From: a virus
IMG/VR virus record: IMGVR_UViG_3300050821_000645
DNA: 64,000 nt
Strand: one strand, 5' to 3'
Below are positions 36,474 through 46,310 of the stretch, in pieces. The notes beneath the pieces are model-generated. The model searched no databases. It was not told where the DNA came from and saw only the letters and a list, made by a program, of their open reading frames with translations. Positions within the stretch are counted from its first letter, which is position 1. Every line of letters starts with the position of its first letter. Position numbers and translations under genes: made by a program.

Positions 36474-38107
36474 TGCCGATCATACCGCTGCAGTCCGCCC
36501 CAGGGATTCAGCGGGACGGCACAGTGCTGGCCTCGAAGGCGTACACGGACGGGCTATGGTGCCGGTTCCAGCGTGGCCTGCCGCGCAAGATGGGCGGCTA
36601 CAAGGTCATCCAGCCGTTCCTGACCGGCATCGGGCGCGCGATCAATTCGCAGGCACAGACTGGTTACCGGTACATAGATGTCGGCAACCAGACCGGCATC
36701 GATGAGTTTACGATGGACCAATTCGGGGTCACATCGGCCGTGCAGAACCCGAACTTCCCGGCGACAACCAATCCGACCACGGCTGGCGTCAGCCAGAGCC
36801 CGCTTAACAGCTGGCAATTCGAGACCCAGTTCGACAACGCGTCCGGCAACATGCTGCTATTCGCGTTCTGCGGGCAGAACATACTCGACCCCACGAATGC
36901 GGCCAACTTCCCGCTGTACGCGCGCAACGTGTACACGCAGGGTGCGCCGTTCGTGCAGGTGGCTGGCTTCGGCACGGGCAGCGACGGTCACGGCGGCACG
37001 CAGCAGGCTCTATTCCCTAACGGGATCAGCGGTGGCATCGTTAGCCTTGCGCCGTACATGATCGTGTACGGCAACAATGGCTTCTTCGCCTGGTCGGCGC
37101 CAGGTGATCCGACGGACTTCACCGGCATCTCCCAGGGCAGCTTGTTTGTTGGCGCCACCGAGATCACCAACCAGAAGATCATCAAAGGCATCCCCTTGCG
37201 CGGCGGCGGCGGATTCAGCCCTGCTGGCCTGTTCTGGAGCATCGACAGCGTAATACGTGCGACCTTCATCGGGATCACGAACGGCACATGGCAGTTCGAC
37301 CAGCTGACCACGCAAAGCTCTATCCTCAGCGACCGGTGCGTGATCGAGAACGACGGCACCTTCTACTGGGCTGGCACTGACCGTTTCCTGATGTACAACG
37401 GCGTGATCCAGGAGATCCCTAACTCGATGAACCTCAACTGGTTCTACGACAACATCAACATCGCTAACGCAGGCAAGAGCTTCGCCTTCAAGATCCCGCG
37501 CTGGGGAGAGATATGGTGGTGCTACCCGCGCGGCGCTAACACGGAGTGCAGCCATGCGGTGATCTATAATTACCGGGAGAAGTACTGGTACGACACGCCG
37601 CTGCCTACCTTCCTGCGCAGCGCTGGGCTTCACGGCGACAACCTGGTTGGCAACATCATGTGCGACACAACTGGTTACCAGTCGCAGATCACTGGCGGCA
37701 ACAAGACGTACTACAACATGTGGCAGCACGAGAACGGCGTCGACTCGGTGAACGGCACCAGCTTAAATGCTGTGCAGTCGTTCTACACCACGGCACCGAT
37801 CACCGGGCTCACCATTCAGCAGCCGGTCGACACCGCGATGGCAATGGAGATGCTGCAGCCCGACTTCATCCAGACCGGGGACATGCAGGTCACCGTGCTC
37901 AAGCAGAACAATGCACGCGCACCAGTTGTCACCGGCAGTCAGGTCACAATACAGGCCACGCCTGCTAGCCCGCTGAACCAGATCGTGCCCCTGAAGGACA
38001 CCGCAAAGATCCTTCGCGTAAACATCCAGAGCAACACCATCGGCGGCAGCTTCCAGGCTGGTGCGTCCGTGATCGACGTCAACTCCGACGACGGCCGGGA
38101 TACCTGA
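36473..38107 (+). CDS. tail/baseplate structural protein
   Basis: 544-aa ORF, ATGA coupling. Confidence 0.5.
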   Translation: MPIIPLQSAPGIQRDGTVLASKAYTDGLWCRFQRGLPRKMGGYKVIQPFLTGIGRAINSQAQTGYRYIDVGNQTGIDEFTMDQFGVTSAVQNPNFPATTNPTTAGVSQSPLNSWQFETQFDNASGNMLLFAFCGQNILDPTNAANFPLYARNVYTQGAPFVQVAGFGTGSDGHGGTQQALFPNGISGGIVSLAPYMIVYGNNGFFAWSAPGDPTDFTGISQGSLFVGATEITNQKIIKGIPLRGGGGFSPAGLFWSIDSVIRATFIGITNGTWQFDQLTTQSSILSDRCVIENDGTFYWAGTDRFLMYNGVIQEIPNSMNLNWFYDNINIANAGKSFAFKIPRWGEIWWCYPRGANTECSHAVIYNYREKYWYDTPLPTFLRSAGLHGDNLVGNIMCDTTGYQSQITGGNKTYYNMWQHENGVDSVNGTSLNAVQSFYTTAPITGLTIQQPVDTAMAMEMLQPDFIQTGDMQVTVLKQNNARAPVVTGSQVTIQATPASPLNQIVPLKDTAKILRVNIQSNTIGGSFQAGASVIDVNSDDGRDT

Positions 38108-38367
38108 TGCAGACCCCAGATCCGAATGGCATGGACCTTCATACCTGGGCGAATGGCGTCTCCTTGGCGCTGGCGCAGTACTCGACGATATCCAATCTGT
38201 CGGGTGATGACTGGCGCGGCTGGGGGATGATGTTCTTCAACAACCCCGTGCTGGATGCGCTTAACCCCCCTAATCCGTACCAATTCGATGACTGGCGCGA
38301 GTGGGGCGCACGCCTGGGCGAGTCGTTATCGAATGCGCGCGGCTCTCAATCGAAGCTGGTGCCGTAA
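38107..38367 (+). CDS. hypothetical virion-module protein
   Basis: 86-aa ORF. Confidence 0.35.
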   Translation: MQTPDPNGMDLHTWANGVSLALAQYSTISNLSGDDWRGWGMMFFNNPVLDALNPPNPYQFDDWREWGARLGESLSNARGSQSKLVP

Positions 38368-39674
38368 TGCCAGCTCCACGAGAGATGGGTCCGCCTGTCA
38401 ACGCTGCAGCCCAACAGCAGGCTGCTGCGGCGGCTGCTGCCCAGCAAGCAGCCCTGCTCAAGCAGTACACAACCACCGCTGTAAATGACATTAATAGCGG
38501 AAATTACGCCGGGGCTCTACAGGCCGGTATCGACAGCGGGAAATCGTATAATACTAACTACAACTCCATCACGTCAGATCCATTGCTGCAGCAGCTTGAG
38601 GGTGGTGGTGGCGGATTGCAGGCGCTGGATCCATCGTACAAATGGACCCCGCAGGATATCCAGAACTACTACAAAGCTGTTGGACAGAACAGCACATTCA
38701 ACGGCACCAGCGGGCAGAGCCTAGGTAAGAACCCGTACGGCGACTGGGGTAGCGGAGCCGCCGTCAACAACGGGACGGACGCGGCGGCGAACATTGCGCA
38801 ATCTGGCGCAGCCCCAGATATCTCCCGTTTTGCTGGCCAAAGGCCACCCACTTCATTTCTTGATAAATGGGGTGTGCCAATAGTCGCCGCCGCCGCTACC
38901 GCATTAACCGGTGGATTAGGCGCACCAGCTGCGATGGCTGCTCTAGCTGGCGCCGGGACCACGATAGCCGGTAACGCTATCGAGGGCAAGCCAACTACAT
39001 GGGGATCGGTCGGCAAGACACTGGGAGGCGCAGCAATCGGCGCCGGGATTGGCGCTAGCGGCATCATACCGACCGGCGAGGCGTACCTGACAGACGTGTA
39101 CGGCGTCCCTCAGATAGCCGCCAATTCATTAGTGCAGGGCGCAGCCGGTGCCGGGGGCGGCGCTCTTAGTGGCACGCTGTTTGGCGGCGGTGCAGCGAAT
39201 GGCGCTCTGACCGGCGGTCTGGGTGGGGCGGCATCCGGTGCTATTACCGGGGCTATGCAGCAAGCAAACAACCAGGGCACTAGCCCGCTTGCGCTTACGG
39301 CAGGGAATATCGCTGGTGGTATAATAGGTCAAAGAGCTGCTCAGCCGTTCCTGCAGCCGTCCAAGACAGCTTCATCGCCCACCCTACCTGGTCAGGTAGC
39401 GACCCCAGCGTCAACCGCATTGCCTTCACTTCCCGGACAGTCTGGGCCACCGCCAATCGCGGCTCCCGGTGACATGGGATCAACCAACATTGGCTCGTAT
39501 AGCGGCTACGGGTACCAGCCACGACAAGAAGCCAATATGGCTGGCACCAACTGGGCAACCTACGGGCAGGGCCCTGAGCAGCAGTTCTTCCAGCCCGTCG
39601 GACAGCCCCAGACCCCTCCGCCCGCGATGCGCACCACGCAGCAGGCCGGTATTACACCTCAGAACAGCGTTTAG
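38367..39674 (+). CDS. low-complexity internal virion protein (Ala/Gly/Gln-rich)
   Basis: ORF 38301..39674 trimmed to ATG 38367; contains YGQGPEQQFFQ motif shared with next gene. Confidence 0.45.
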   Translation: MPAPREMGPPVNAAAQQQAAAAAAAQQAALLKQYTTTAVNDINSGNYAGALQAGIDSGKSYNTNYNSITSDPLLQQLEGGGGGLQALDPSYKWTPQDIQNYYKAVGQNSTFNGTSGQSLGKNPYGDWGSGAAVNNGTDAAANIAQSGAAPDISRFAGQRPPTSFLDKWGVPIVAAAATALTGGLGAPAAMAALAGAGTTIAGNAIEGKPTTWGSVGKTLGGAAIGAGIGASGIIPTGEAYLTDVYGVPQIAANSLVQGAAGAGGGALSGTLFGGGAANGALTGGLGGAASGAITGAMQQANNQGTSPLALTAGNIAGGIIGQRAAQPFLQPSKTASSPTLPGQVATPASTALPSLPGQSGPPPIAAPGDMGSTNIGSYSGYGYQPRQEANMAGTNWATYGQGPEQQFFQPVGQPQTPPPAMRTTQQAGITPQNSV

Positions 39675-39683
39675 GTACACATC

Positions 39684-40805
39684 ATGTCAGTAGACCCAAG
39701 TTACATGGACTTCAGCGGCGGCGACTCCAGCGGCTACGACCCGACGTCATCCTGGTCATCCCAGTACGCGTCCACGCCAGCTGCGCCCGCACCTAGCGAT
39801 CCAACCGACCCACTGTCACCCATCAGCACATCTGCTGCGCTCAATCAGAGCAAAACCAACCAGCTGGAGGCGCAGCATAACATTAACGCCACTGATGCCG
39901 CCAGTAGTCCCGCTCCGAGCGCTCTTGCGGGCGCTTTATCGTCACTAGGCGGTAAGCAGGGATCTGCGGTGCTGTCAGCGCTCACCGCAATTCTGGGCGC
40001 AGCCGGACACATGAACACAGCCAAGGCCAACGCCACGCTACCCACGATGCCTGGAATGGGCGGACCTCTTGCCGCACTACCTGGTCAGGGTGGATCGACG
40101 GGCTACGGCCCTCCTGGGGGCTACAACTGGCAGAACTACAAGGGGATCACGGGTGCCACCCCAGGCACCGGGTATGCGCCCCGCGTGCAGGCCCCGGCGG
40201 CTCCGCTGTCCTCGTACTACACCTACGGCCAGGGCCCCGAGCAGCAGTTCTTCCAGCAGGTCAATCCGAACGGCGGCCAGATCGCGCCCGTCACGCACAA
40301 GCGCGGCGGCCGGGTGAAGAAGTTCGCCATGGGCGGACCGATGATGCAGCGGCCCGTGATGCCAGCGGCTGGGGGACGTCCGCCTATGCCCCGTGGGCCG
40401 GTGATGGGCGCCCCAATGATGGGAGCGCCGCAAATGGGGGCCCCGGTGACAGGGGCCCCGATGATGGGACCGCAGCATGGTATGCGCCCCGGTGCGCGAC
40501 CATTCGCAGCCGGTGGGGCTCCAGATCGCACCGGGGCGCTGTCAGCCCCCGAGCAGGGGTCTCGATACGTGCAAGGTCCTGGTGATGGCACCAGCGACGA
40601 CATCCCGGCGCGCCTCGCGAATGGCGAGTACGTGCTCTCAGCTGACGTGGTGAGTGGTCTGGGGAATGGGGATAACAGTAGCGGCGCAAAAGTACTTGAC
40701 GGATTTGTCAAGAATCTGCGCACGCACAAAGCTGTGAACGCATCCAGGGGCAGGCTGCCAGCTGATGCTAAGCCGATACATCACTATATGAAGGGCGGAC
40801 GATAA
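39684..40805 (+). CDS. low-complexity internal virion protein (Pro/Gly/Met-rich)
   Basis: 373 aa; repeats GAPMMGAPQMGAPVTGAPMMGP; shares YGQGPEQQFFQ motif. Confidence 0.45.
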   Translation: MSVDPSYMDFSGGDSSGYDPTSSWSSQYASTPAAPAPSDPTDPLSPISTSAALNQSKTNQLEAQHNINATDAASSPAPSALAGALSSLGGKQGSAVLSALTAILGAAGHMNTAKANATLPTMPGMGGPLAALPGQGGSTGYGPPGGYNWQNYKGITGATPGTGYAPRVQAPAAPLSSYYTYGQGPEQQFFQQVNPNGGQIAPVTHKRGGRVKKFAMGGPMMQRPVMPAAGGRPPMPRGPVMGAPMMGAPQMGAPVTGAPMMGPQHGMRPGARPFAAGGAPDRTGALSAPEQGSRYVQGPGDGTSDDIPARLANGEYVLSADVVSGLGNGDNSSGAKVLDGFVKNLRTHKAVNASRGRLPADAKPIHHYMKGGR

Positions 40806-41905
40806 TGGGCGCCACCAGCCAAGGGGCTCTCGGTTTTCTAAGCAATTCTCAGACTCCTGGACAGTCGCAGCAGGAGAGCGAGAGCAGTTCGTCGCTTCCG
40901 AGCTGGTACACAGATTATACGCAGCAGTACCTGAACAGCGTCGCCCAGTGGGCGAACTCTGGGTACCAGGCTTATCAGGGACCTCAAGTTGCTGCGCAGA
41001 GCGGACTGAGCACGGGCGCAGCCAATGCATCAGCCTTGAACGGCGCCTCAGCCAACAGCACCACGCAGGCAGCGCAGAACTTAGTTGGACAGGGGGTAAA
41101 TCAGGTAAAGGCATCCGTGGCCCCAGGGCAGGGCGGCCTGTCGGCTGCATCACCGTACCTCAACAGCGCTGCGGTGCCAACATCGAGCACGGTTCAGAGC
41201 TATATGAACCCGTACAATGCGAACGTTACCAACGCCATCGCTCAGGCCGGTCAGCAGAACTTCCAGAACAACATCATGCCAGCCTTGCAGTCTAGCATCA
41301 TCGGGGCGGGCAATATCACCGGCAACTCCACTGAGGGTGCCAACCTCATACAGAACGCTGCTCTCAATGAGCAGCAGGCCGTCAGCCAGGCTCAGTCTGG
41401 CGCATTACAGCAAGGGTACGCTGGCTCACTTGGGGCCGCTGGTCAGGAGGCGCAGATCCAGGCCGGTCTCGCTGGCACCGCAGGAAACCTTGGCACGCAG
41501 GAGCAGACCGCGCAGCAGAACGCTGGCACGGATGTCATCAACGCTGGTGCGACATCTGCGAATATTGGTGCATCCAATGTGCAGCAACAGATCGCATCTG
41601 AGCAGAACATGAACGCCTTCGGTAATCAGCAGCAGGCCAACACGCAGGCCAATTACGACGCAGCCAAGGCGAACTTCACCGCACAGAATCAGTTCCCGCT
41701 GGTGGCCGCCGGAGCTGAGCAGAGCGCGCTATCTGGGCTGCAGGTACCAAGCACGACCACTAATTATGGGGCGAGCACCGGCACCAATCCGCAGATCCAG
41801 AACTCTCCGCTGCAGAGCGTAACGGGTGCGCTCACTGGGCTGGGTGCTGCTTTCGGGAGTAAACGCGGCGGGCATGTTAAGAGGAAGCGAGGAGCGTTAT
41901 CGTAA
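40805..41905 (+). CDS. low-complexity internal virion protein (Gln/Ala/Asn/Gly-rich)
   Basis: 366-aa ORF. Confidence 0.45.
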   Translation: MGATSQGALGFLSNSQTPGQSQQESESSSSLPSWYTDYTQQYLNSVAQWANSGYQAYQGPQVAAQSGLSTGAANASALNGASANSTTQAAQNLVGQGVNQVKASVAPGQGGLSAASPYLNSAAVPTSSTVQSYMNPYNANVTNAIAQAGQQNFQNNIMPALQSSIIGAGNITGNSTEGANLIQNAALNEQQAVSQAQSGALQQGYAGSLGAAGQEAQIQAGLAGTAGNLGTQEQTAQQNAGTDVINAGATSANIGASNVQQQIASEQNMNAFGNQQQANTQANYDAAKANFTAQNQFPLVAAGAEQSALSGLQVPSTTTNYGASTGTNPQIQNSPLQSVTGALTGLGAAFGSKRGGHVKRKRGALS

Positions 41906-43395
41906 TGGCAGCAGATACAGACAACAATGGCGTCGTTGTAGACGACGAGACCGCTGACCCGAGCGCTAACGATAACGCACCAGACCCATTGCTTGGTGAG
42001 CAGGCTCAGTCGGGTGCTCTCACTATCGGCAGCAAGGCTGACACGCAGTCGCGCGCCAGCAAGTCCCGCCAGGGGCTAGAGAACCTGCAGGGTCAGTATG
42101 GTGCCGTGCAGAAGGGCCTTGAGGGCGCCTACGCGCAGCAGGCTAAGGCGCTGCAGGACGCACGTGACAAGCTTCTCGCCACACCGATGGGGCCGAGTGA
42201 GCAGGAGCAGGCGTACCGGCGTGCGGCTGCGTTCACGCAAACCCCTGGGTTCAATCCTGGTGATGTGAGCACAGCGAACGCGAACAACTTAGCCGCTACT
42301 CGCGAGGCAGAGCTAGCTAAGCAGCAGCTCGCTGCATCGTATGGCATCCAGGGCGCTCAGGCGCAGATCGGGCAGTACGGTGCAATGGGCAGCAGCCTGC
42401 TGCAGCGCATGCGCCTCGCGCAGTCCGACGTTAACAACGCAAGCGGGCAGGCGAACAAGGTCGTAAACCAGGCTCCAAAGACCGTTGGTGCTACTGGTGA
42501 GGTATACAATCCGGCCACAGGTGCGTGGGACTTTCACCCAGAGATCGCGCAGGCGCAGGAGGCGCAGAAGGCGAAGAACGCGCAGGATGCGCAGGCCGCT
42601 AAGTTTGCTGCCGCGCAGCTGTCGGCTGGCAAGATGGACCCGCAGCAGATCGACTTCGCTGCGCAGTGGCTGCATGACAAGGGCACGATGCCTCCAGGAT
42701 ATCAGGCGCGCATGACCAATGGTCAGGTTAACCCCGTGACCAGCGTTATCTATAAGGCCATGCTCGACAAGTTCCCTGGCGAGAGCGCATCAAACATCAT
42801 CGCCAACCAGGGTATGGTCGCAGCCAGCCAGGGAGTGCTTAAGGACTTCGAGAGCGGAGCAACCTCCAAGGACCTCAACAAGCTCAATACCTCCATTCAG
42901 CACATAGATGTCCTGCGACCCGCCATAGCGGCGCTACAAAACGGACCCGTGCCGTTCCTGAACACGATCAAGAACACATGGAACCAGCAGGTTATGGGGT
43001 CACCGGCACCCACCAACTTCAACGGCATACGAGACTTCGTGACCGGAGAAATAAGCAAAGCCGTGCTGCCGAACGGCGGCGGAGAAGCAGAGCGTATGGC
43101 GCTAGCCAAGTCCGCTGCATCTGCGAACAGTAACGACGCACTCAAGGACATCGTTGACAAGTGGCAGAGTCTGCTTGCCGGTAAGACCGAGGCAACTAAG
43201 TTCCAGTGGGACAATGGCACCATGAATAGGTTCGGGGACTTCGATACTAAGTTCCTGATGCCGCGTACCAGGGCAGTGCTGGGACGCAACCCAGCTGCGA
43301 CACCCCCGGCTCGTCCCGGGCAGAAGCCGCCTAGCGGGCTAGCTGCGCGCTACCTACCCGGTGGTGACCTCTACAAAGCACCGGGCACCCCGTAA
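41905..43395 (+). CDS. internal virion / ejection protein (coiled-coil)
   Basis: 496-aa ORF. Confidence 0.45.
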   Translation: MAADTDNNGVVVDDETADPSANDNAPDPLLGEQAQSGALTIGSKADTQSRASKSRQGLENLQGQYGAVQKGLEGAYAQQAKALQDARDKLLATPMGPSEQEQAYRRAAAFTQTPGFNPGDVSTANANNLAATREAELAKQQLAASYGIQGAQAQIGQYGAMGSSLLQRMRLAQSDVNNASGQANKVVNQAPKTVGATGEVYNPATGAWDFHPEIAQAQEAQKAKNAQDAQAAKFAAAQLSAGKMDPQQIDFAAQWLHDKGTMPPGYQARMTNGQVNPVTSVIYKAMLDKFPGESASNIIANQGMVAASQGVLKDFESGATSKDLNKLNTSIQHIDVLRPAIAALQNGPVPFLNTIKNTWNQQVMGSPAPTNFNGIRDFVTGEISKAVLPNGGGEAERMALAKSAASANSNDALKDIVDKWQSLLAGKTEATKFQWDNGTMNRFGDFDTKFLMPRTRAVLGRNPAATPPARPGQKPPSGLAARYLPGGDLYKAPGTP

Positions 43396-45638
43396 TGGCG
43401 ACACAGGAAGACCTGCTGCACGCGCTCGATCTTGCGCACAATGCAGGTGATCGTGCGGCTGCGCAGGACATCGCCATGATGATCCACAACGGCGAGTACG
43501 ACCCCAGCCCTGTGCCCAAGATTCTGCCGCCCGGTGGCGGCAACACATCTGGTAGCCCGCAGAAGACCTTCGAGGGGCACGCCAGTAACCTATCTAGTGG
43601 CAAGGATACACTGCAATTCGGCCCCTTCGACACGCACATCCCGTTACCGGCGTCGACCGCCGACCAGCTCTCCGGTATCGGGTCTGCGTTCCACGACGTC
43701 GGCCAAGGTATCGGGCAGAAGCTTGGGCTGACCAGCTCGCAGGACGTGCACGACACACGCGCCACCGACAAAGAGTTGATGCAGGATCCGAACGGGCGCA
43801 TGGGTAACATCGCAGGCAATGCCGCCATCATGGCGCCTGCCGCAATGATACCTGGGATGCAAGGGATCGCTGGCGCTACCCTTGGTGGGGCTGCCCTGGG
43901 CGCTATGCAGCCCTCAGAGAGCCTCGGCGAGCAGGCCGCCAATACGGGGATAGCTGCAGCCGCCGGGCCATTAGCGCACGTCCTCCCGGCTGCCGGGCAG
44001 GCCATTACGAAGATACCTGGCGTGAAGCCGGTGATGAACTTTGTTGGGGATATGCTCCCGGGCGGGCAGCAACGAGCTGCCTCCCGTCTTGCTACGCAGT
44101 TTGCCGGTGGTCCGCAGCAAGCAGACGCCGCGCGGCTCGCTATCGAGCAGGCCGGGAAGAGTGGTGCGCTGGCAGGCAAGTACGGCATCAACCCCACTAC
44201 TGCCCAGGTCGCGAACAACCCGGGCCTTGCCCAGATGGACCGCACACTGCGCAACAACGGGCGATTCACGACCGCATTCGGTGACAATGACGACGCCAAC
44301 CGGAATGCCATCGACAATATACTAACGGGCATCTCCGGTACCCCAGCTGACCGTTTACGGGCGGGTGCGGCGCGCGACTACCAGGCGCGCACGATGTACG
44401 ACGACGCCTTGAACAACCCTGAGCACTTCGTGCAGCCTCCGAAGCCCTCTGACGCCAGCTTCGGCGAGGCCATGGACACCGCGCAGGGTGGCACACGCAC
44501 GCCCGGCGACAACGCGCCCGCCGCCCCTATGGCTGGTGATACGGTCACCGGCCTGAGCGACATAGGCACGCGGCTGCAGACGCTGCTGCAACGCCCTGCG
44601 ATGCAGGACGCCATGATGAATGCGTCGCGCATTGCCGCGAACTTCGGTAAACCACTGGATGACCGCAATCTGATCCAGCAGATGCATTATGCGAAGATGC
44701 ACCTCGATGACCAGATAGGTGCGTCGATGGCAGCCGGTAAGACGAACGACTACCGGGCGCTGCTCGACACCAAACATGAGTTACTGGGAGTCATGGACGA
44801 CCTCAGCCCAGCTTACGCGCAAGCCCGCGCTAACTTCCAGAGCGCAAGCCGCCCGGTAAACCGCATGGAGCTAGGCGAGGCGCTGCGCCAGAAGTACAGC
44901 CCCGGCCTCGGTGACCAGGGTAGCGTATCGCGCAACCCAGCTACATTCGTGAACGCACTTCGCAATGGTGACCAGACCGCAGCCAGCGCAACTGGATTCG
45001 GTGGTGCGACACTGGAGAACACCCTGCACCCACAGGACATCGACGCACTAAACGCAGCCGCATCCCAGTTGGGGCGTCAGAGCTACGCGCAGAACGCCGG
45101 TAAGGCCATCGGATCGAACACCGGGCAGAACCTGGGGAACGCCAAGGATATGAATTCTATTGGCAACCTGGAGCAAGCGCTGACACCGGAGGGGGCGCGA
45201 GGCGCAGTTGTGTACGCCGCCCTGCATCACCCCGCGCTGCTCCCACTTGGCGTTCTCGGTAGCTTCCAGAGGAACGGCGCGCAGGGCCTACTTGGCAAGG
45301 CCGCGCTTAACCCGCGCGAGATGAGCGCACTGCTGGCCCCCAAGGAGTCGCTGATGAGCAAGTACCTGCCGAGCGGGATCACGTCATCGCCGGTCGTCGG
45401 CGGAACAGCATCCAGTCAGTTGCAGGCGCCAACCGATGACGGCTACGCCGACGGTGGCCAGCCAAAGTACGAGAAGTCAAGCACCTGGGACCTCTTAAAG
45501 CAGGGCTGGAAGGAGCTTACCGGGGACAGCTCACAGCCAGCGCCTAATCCGCCACAAGAGCCGGGCACGCAGGCATCTGGCACGGTTGGCTCAGATTTTG
45601 ACCGCAGGGTGCAGCAGAGCGTTGACGCCCAGTCTTAG
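43395..45638 (+). CDS. large internal virion / ejection protein
   Basis: 747-aa ORF, ATGG overlap coupling. Confidence 0.5.
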   Translation: MATQEDLLHALDLAHNAGDRAAAQDIAMMIHNGEYDPSPVPKILPPGGGNTSGSPQKTFEGHASNLSSGKDTLQFGPFDTHIPLPASTADQLSGIGSAFHDVGQGIGQKLGLTSSQDVHDTRATDKELMQDPNGRMGNIAGNAAIMAPAAMIPGMQGIAGATLGGAALGAMQPSESLGEQAANTGIAAAAGPLAHVLPAAGQAITKIPGVKPVMNFVGDMLPGGQQRAASRLATQFAGGPQQADAARLAIEQAGKSGALAGKYGINPTTAQVANNPGLAQMDRTLRNNGRFTTAFGDNDDANRNAIDNILTGISGTPADRLRAGAARDYQARTMYDDALNNPEHFVQPPKPSDASFGEAMDTAQGGTRTPGDNAPAAPMAGDTVTGLSDIGTRLQTLLQRPAMQDAMMNASRIAANFGKPLDDRNLIQQMHYAKMHLDDQIGASMAAGKTNDYRALLDTKHELLGVMDDLSPAYAQARANFQSASRPVNRMELGEALRQKYSPGLGDQGSVSRNPATFVNALRNGDQTAASATGFGGATLENTLHPQDIDALNAAASQLGRQSYAQNAGKAIGSNTGQNLGNAKDMNSIGNLEQALTPEGARGAVVYAALHHPALLPLGVLGSFQRNGAQGLLGKAALNPREMSALLAPKESLMSKYLPSGITSSPVVGGTASSQLQAPTDDGYADGGQPKYEKSSTWDLLKQGWKELTGDSSQPAPNPPQEPGTQASGTVGSDFDRRVQQSVDAQS

Positions 45639-45756
45639 CTGTGCGCTCCGTGATACAATCCGGTGCACACGAAGCAGATGACGAATAACGCGCCAGCTGC
45701 CACCAGGATGCCTTCTGCGATCTGCATTACCATCTCAATCTCCTCAGGTGTGAACC

Positions 45757-46269
45757 ATGTTCGACAAACTCGTAGATCTACTTGTCGGATGTGTGGATCT
45801 ATTTCGCTTCTGGGTCATTATGGCCCCGTACGAGTCAGGTGTCAAGCTTCGGCTAGGGAAATTCGTTAGGGTACTGGATCCGGGCTGGAACTGGATGATC
45901 CCATTCGGGATAGATCAGTACGAGCACGAGCACGTTGTGCCGCGCACACATGCCCTTACGGCGCAAAGCGTAACACTCAAGGACGGTAAGCAGGTGGGCT
46001 TCGAGGCTGTTATCACGTACAAGGTGCGCGACATCAAAGTGGCACTGCTCGAAGTCGAGAACGCCGATCACGCCATAGCTGATAGCTGCTCAGGTCAGAT
46101 AGCTCACACTATCATGCAGTACACCTGGGATGCTATTGTTAGCACGGATGACTGGAGCGACCGTGTTTTAAAGGCGTGCAGGCAGCGCGGCTTTAAGTTC
46201 GGGCTAGAGATCATCAGCGTGCAGTTCGGCACGCTTGCGCTCATCAAGAACCTGCGGATACTCAAGTAA
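45757..46269 (+). CDS. SPFH / band-7 (stomatin-prohibitin-HflK/C) domain protein
   Basis: FVRVLDPGWNWMIPFGIDQ...QSVTLKDGKQVGFEAVITYKVRDIKVALLEVEN matches SPFH core (G.h.rvvepG.hfiiPf...v.tkDn..v.vdavv.yrv.d). Confidence 0.6.
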   Translation: MFDKLVDLLVGCVDLFRFWVIMAPYESGVKLRLGKFVRVLDPGWNWMIPFGIDQYEHEHVVPRTHALTAQSVTLKDGKQVGFEAVITYKVRDIKVALLEVENADHAIADSCSGQIAHTIMQYTWDAIVSTDDWSDRVLKACRQRGFKFGLEIISVQFGTLALIKNLRILK

Positions 46270-46310
46270 TTGTGGTATACTCCAGTGACCACCACCACAG
46301 GTAGAAATCA

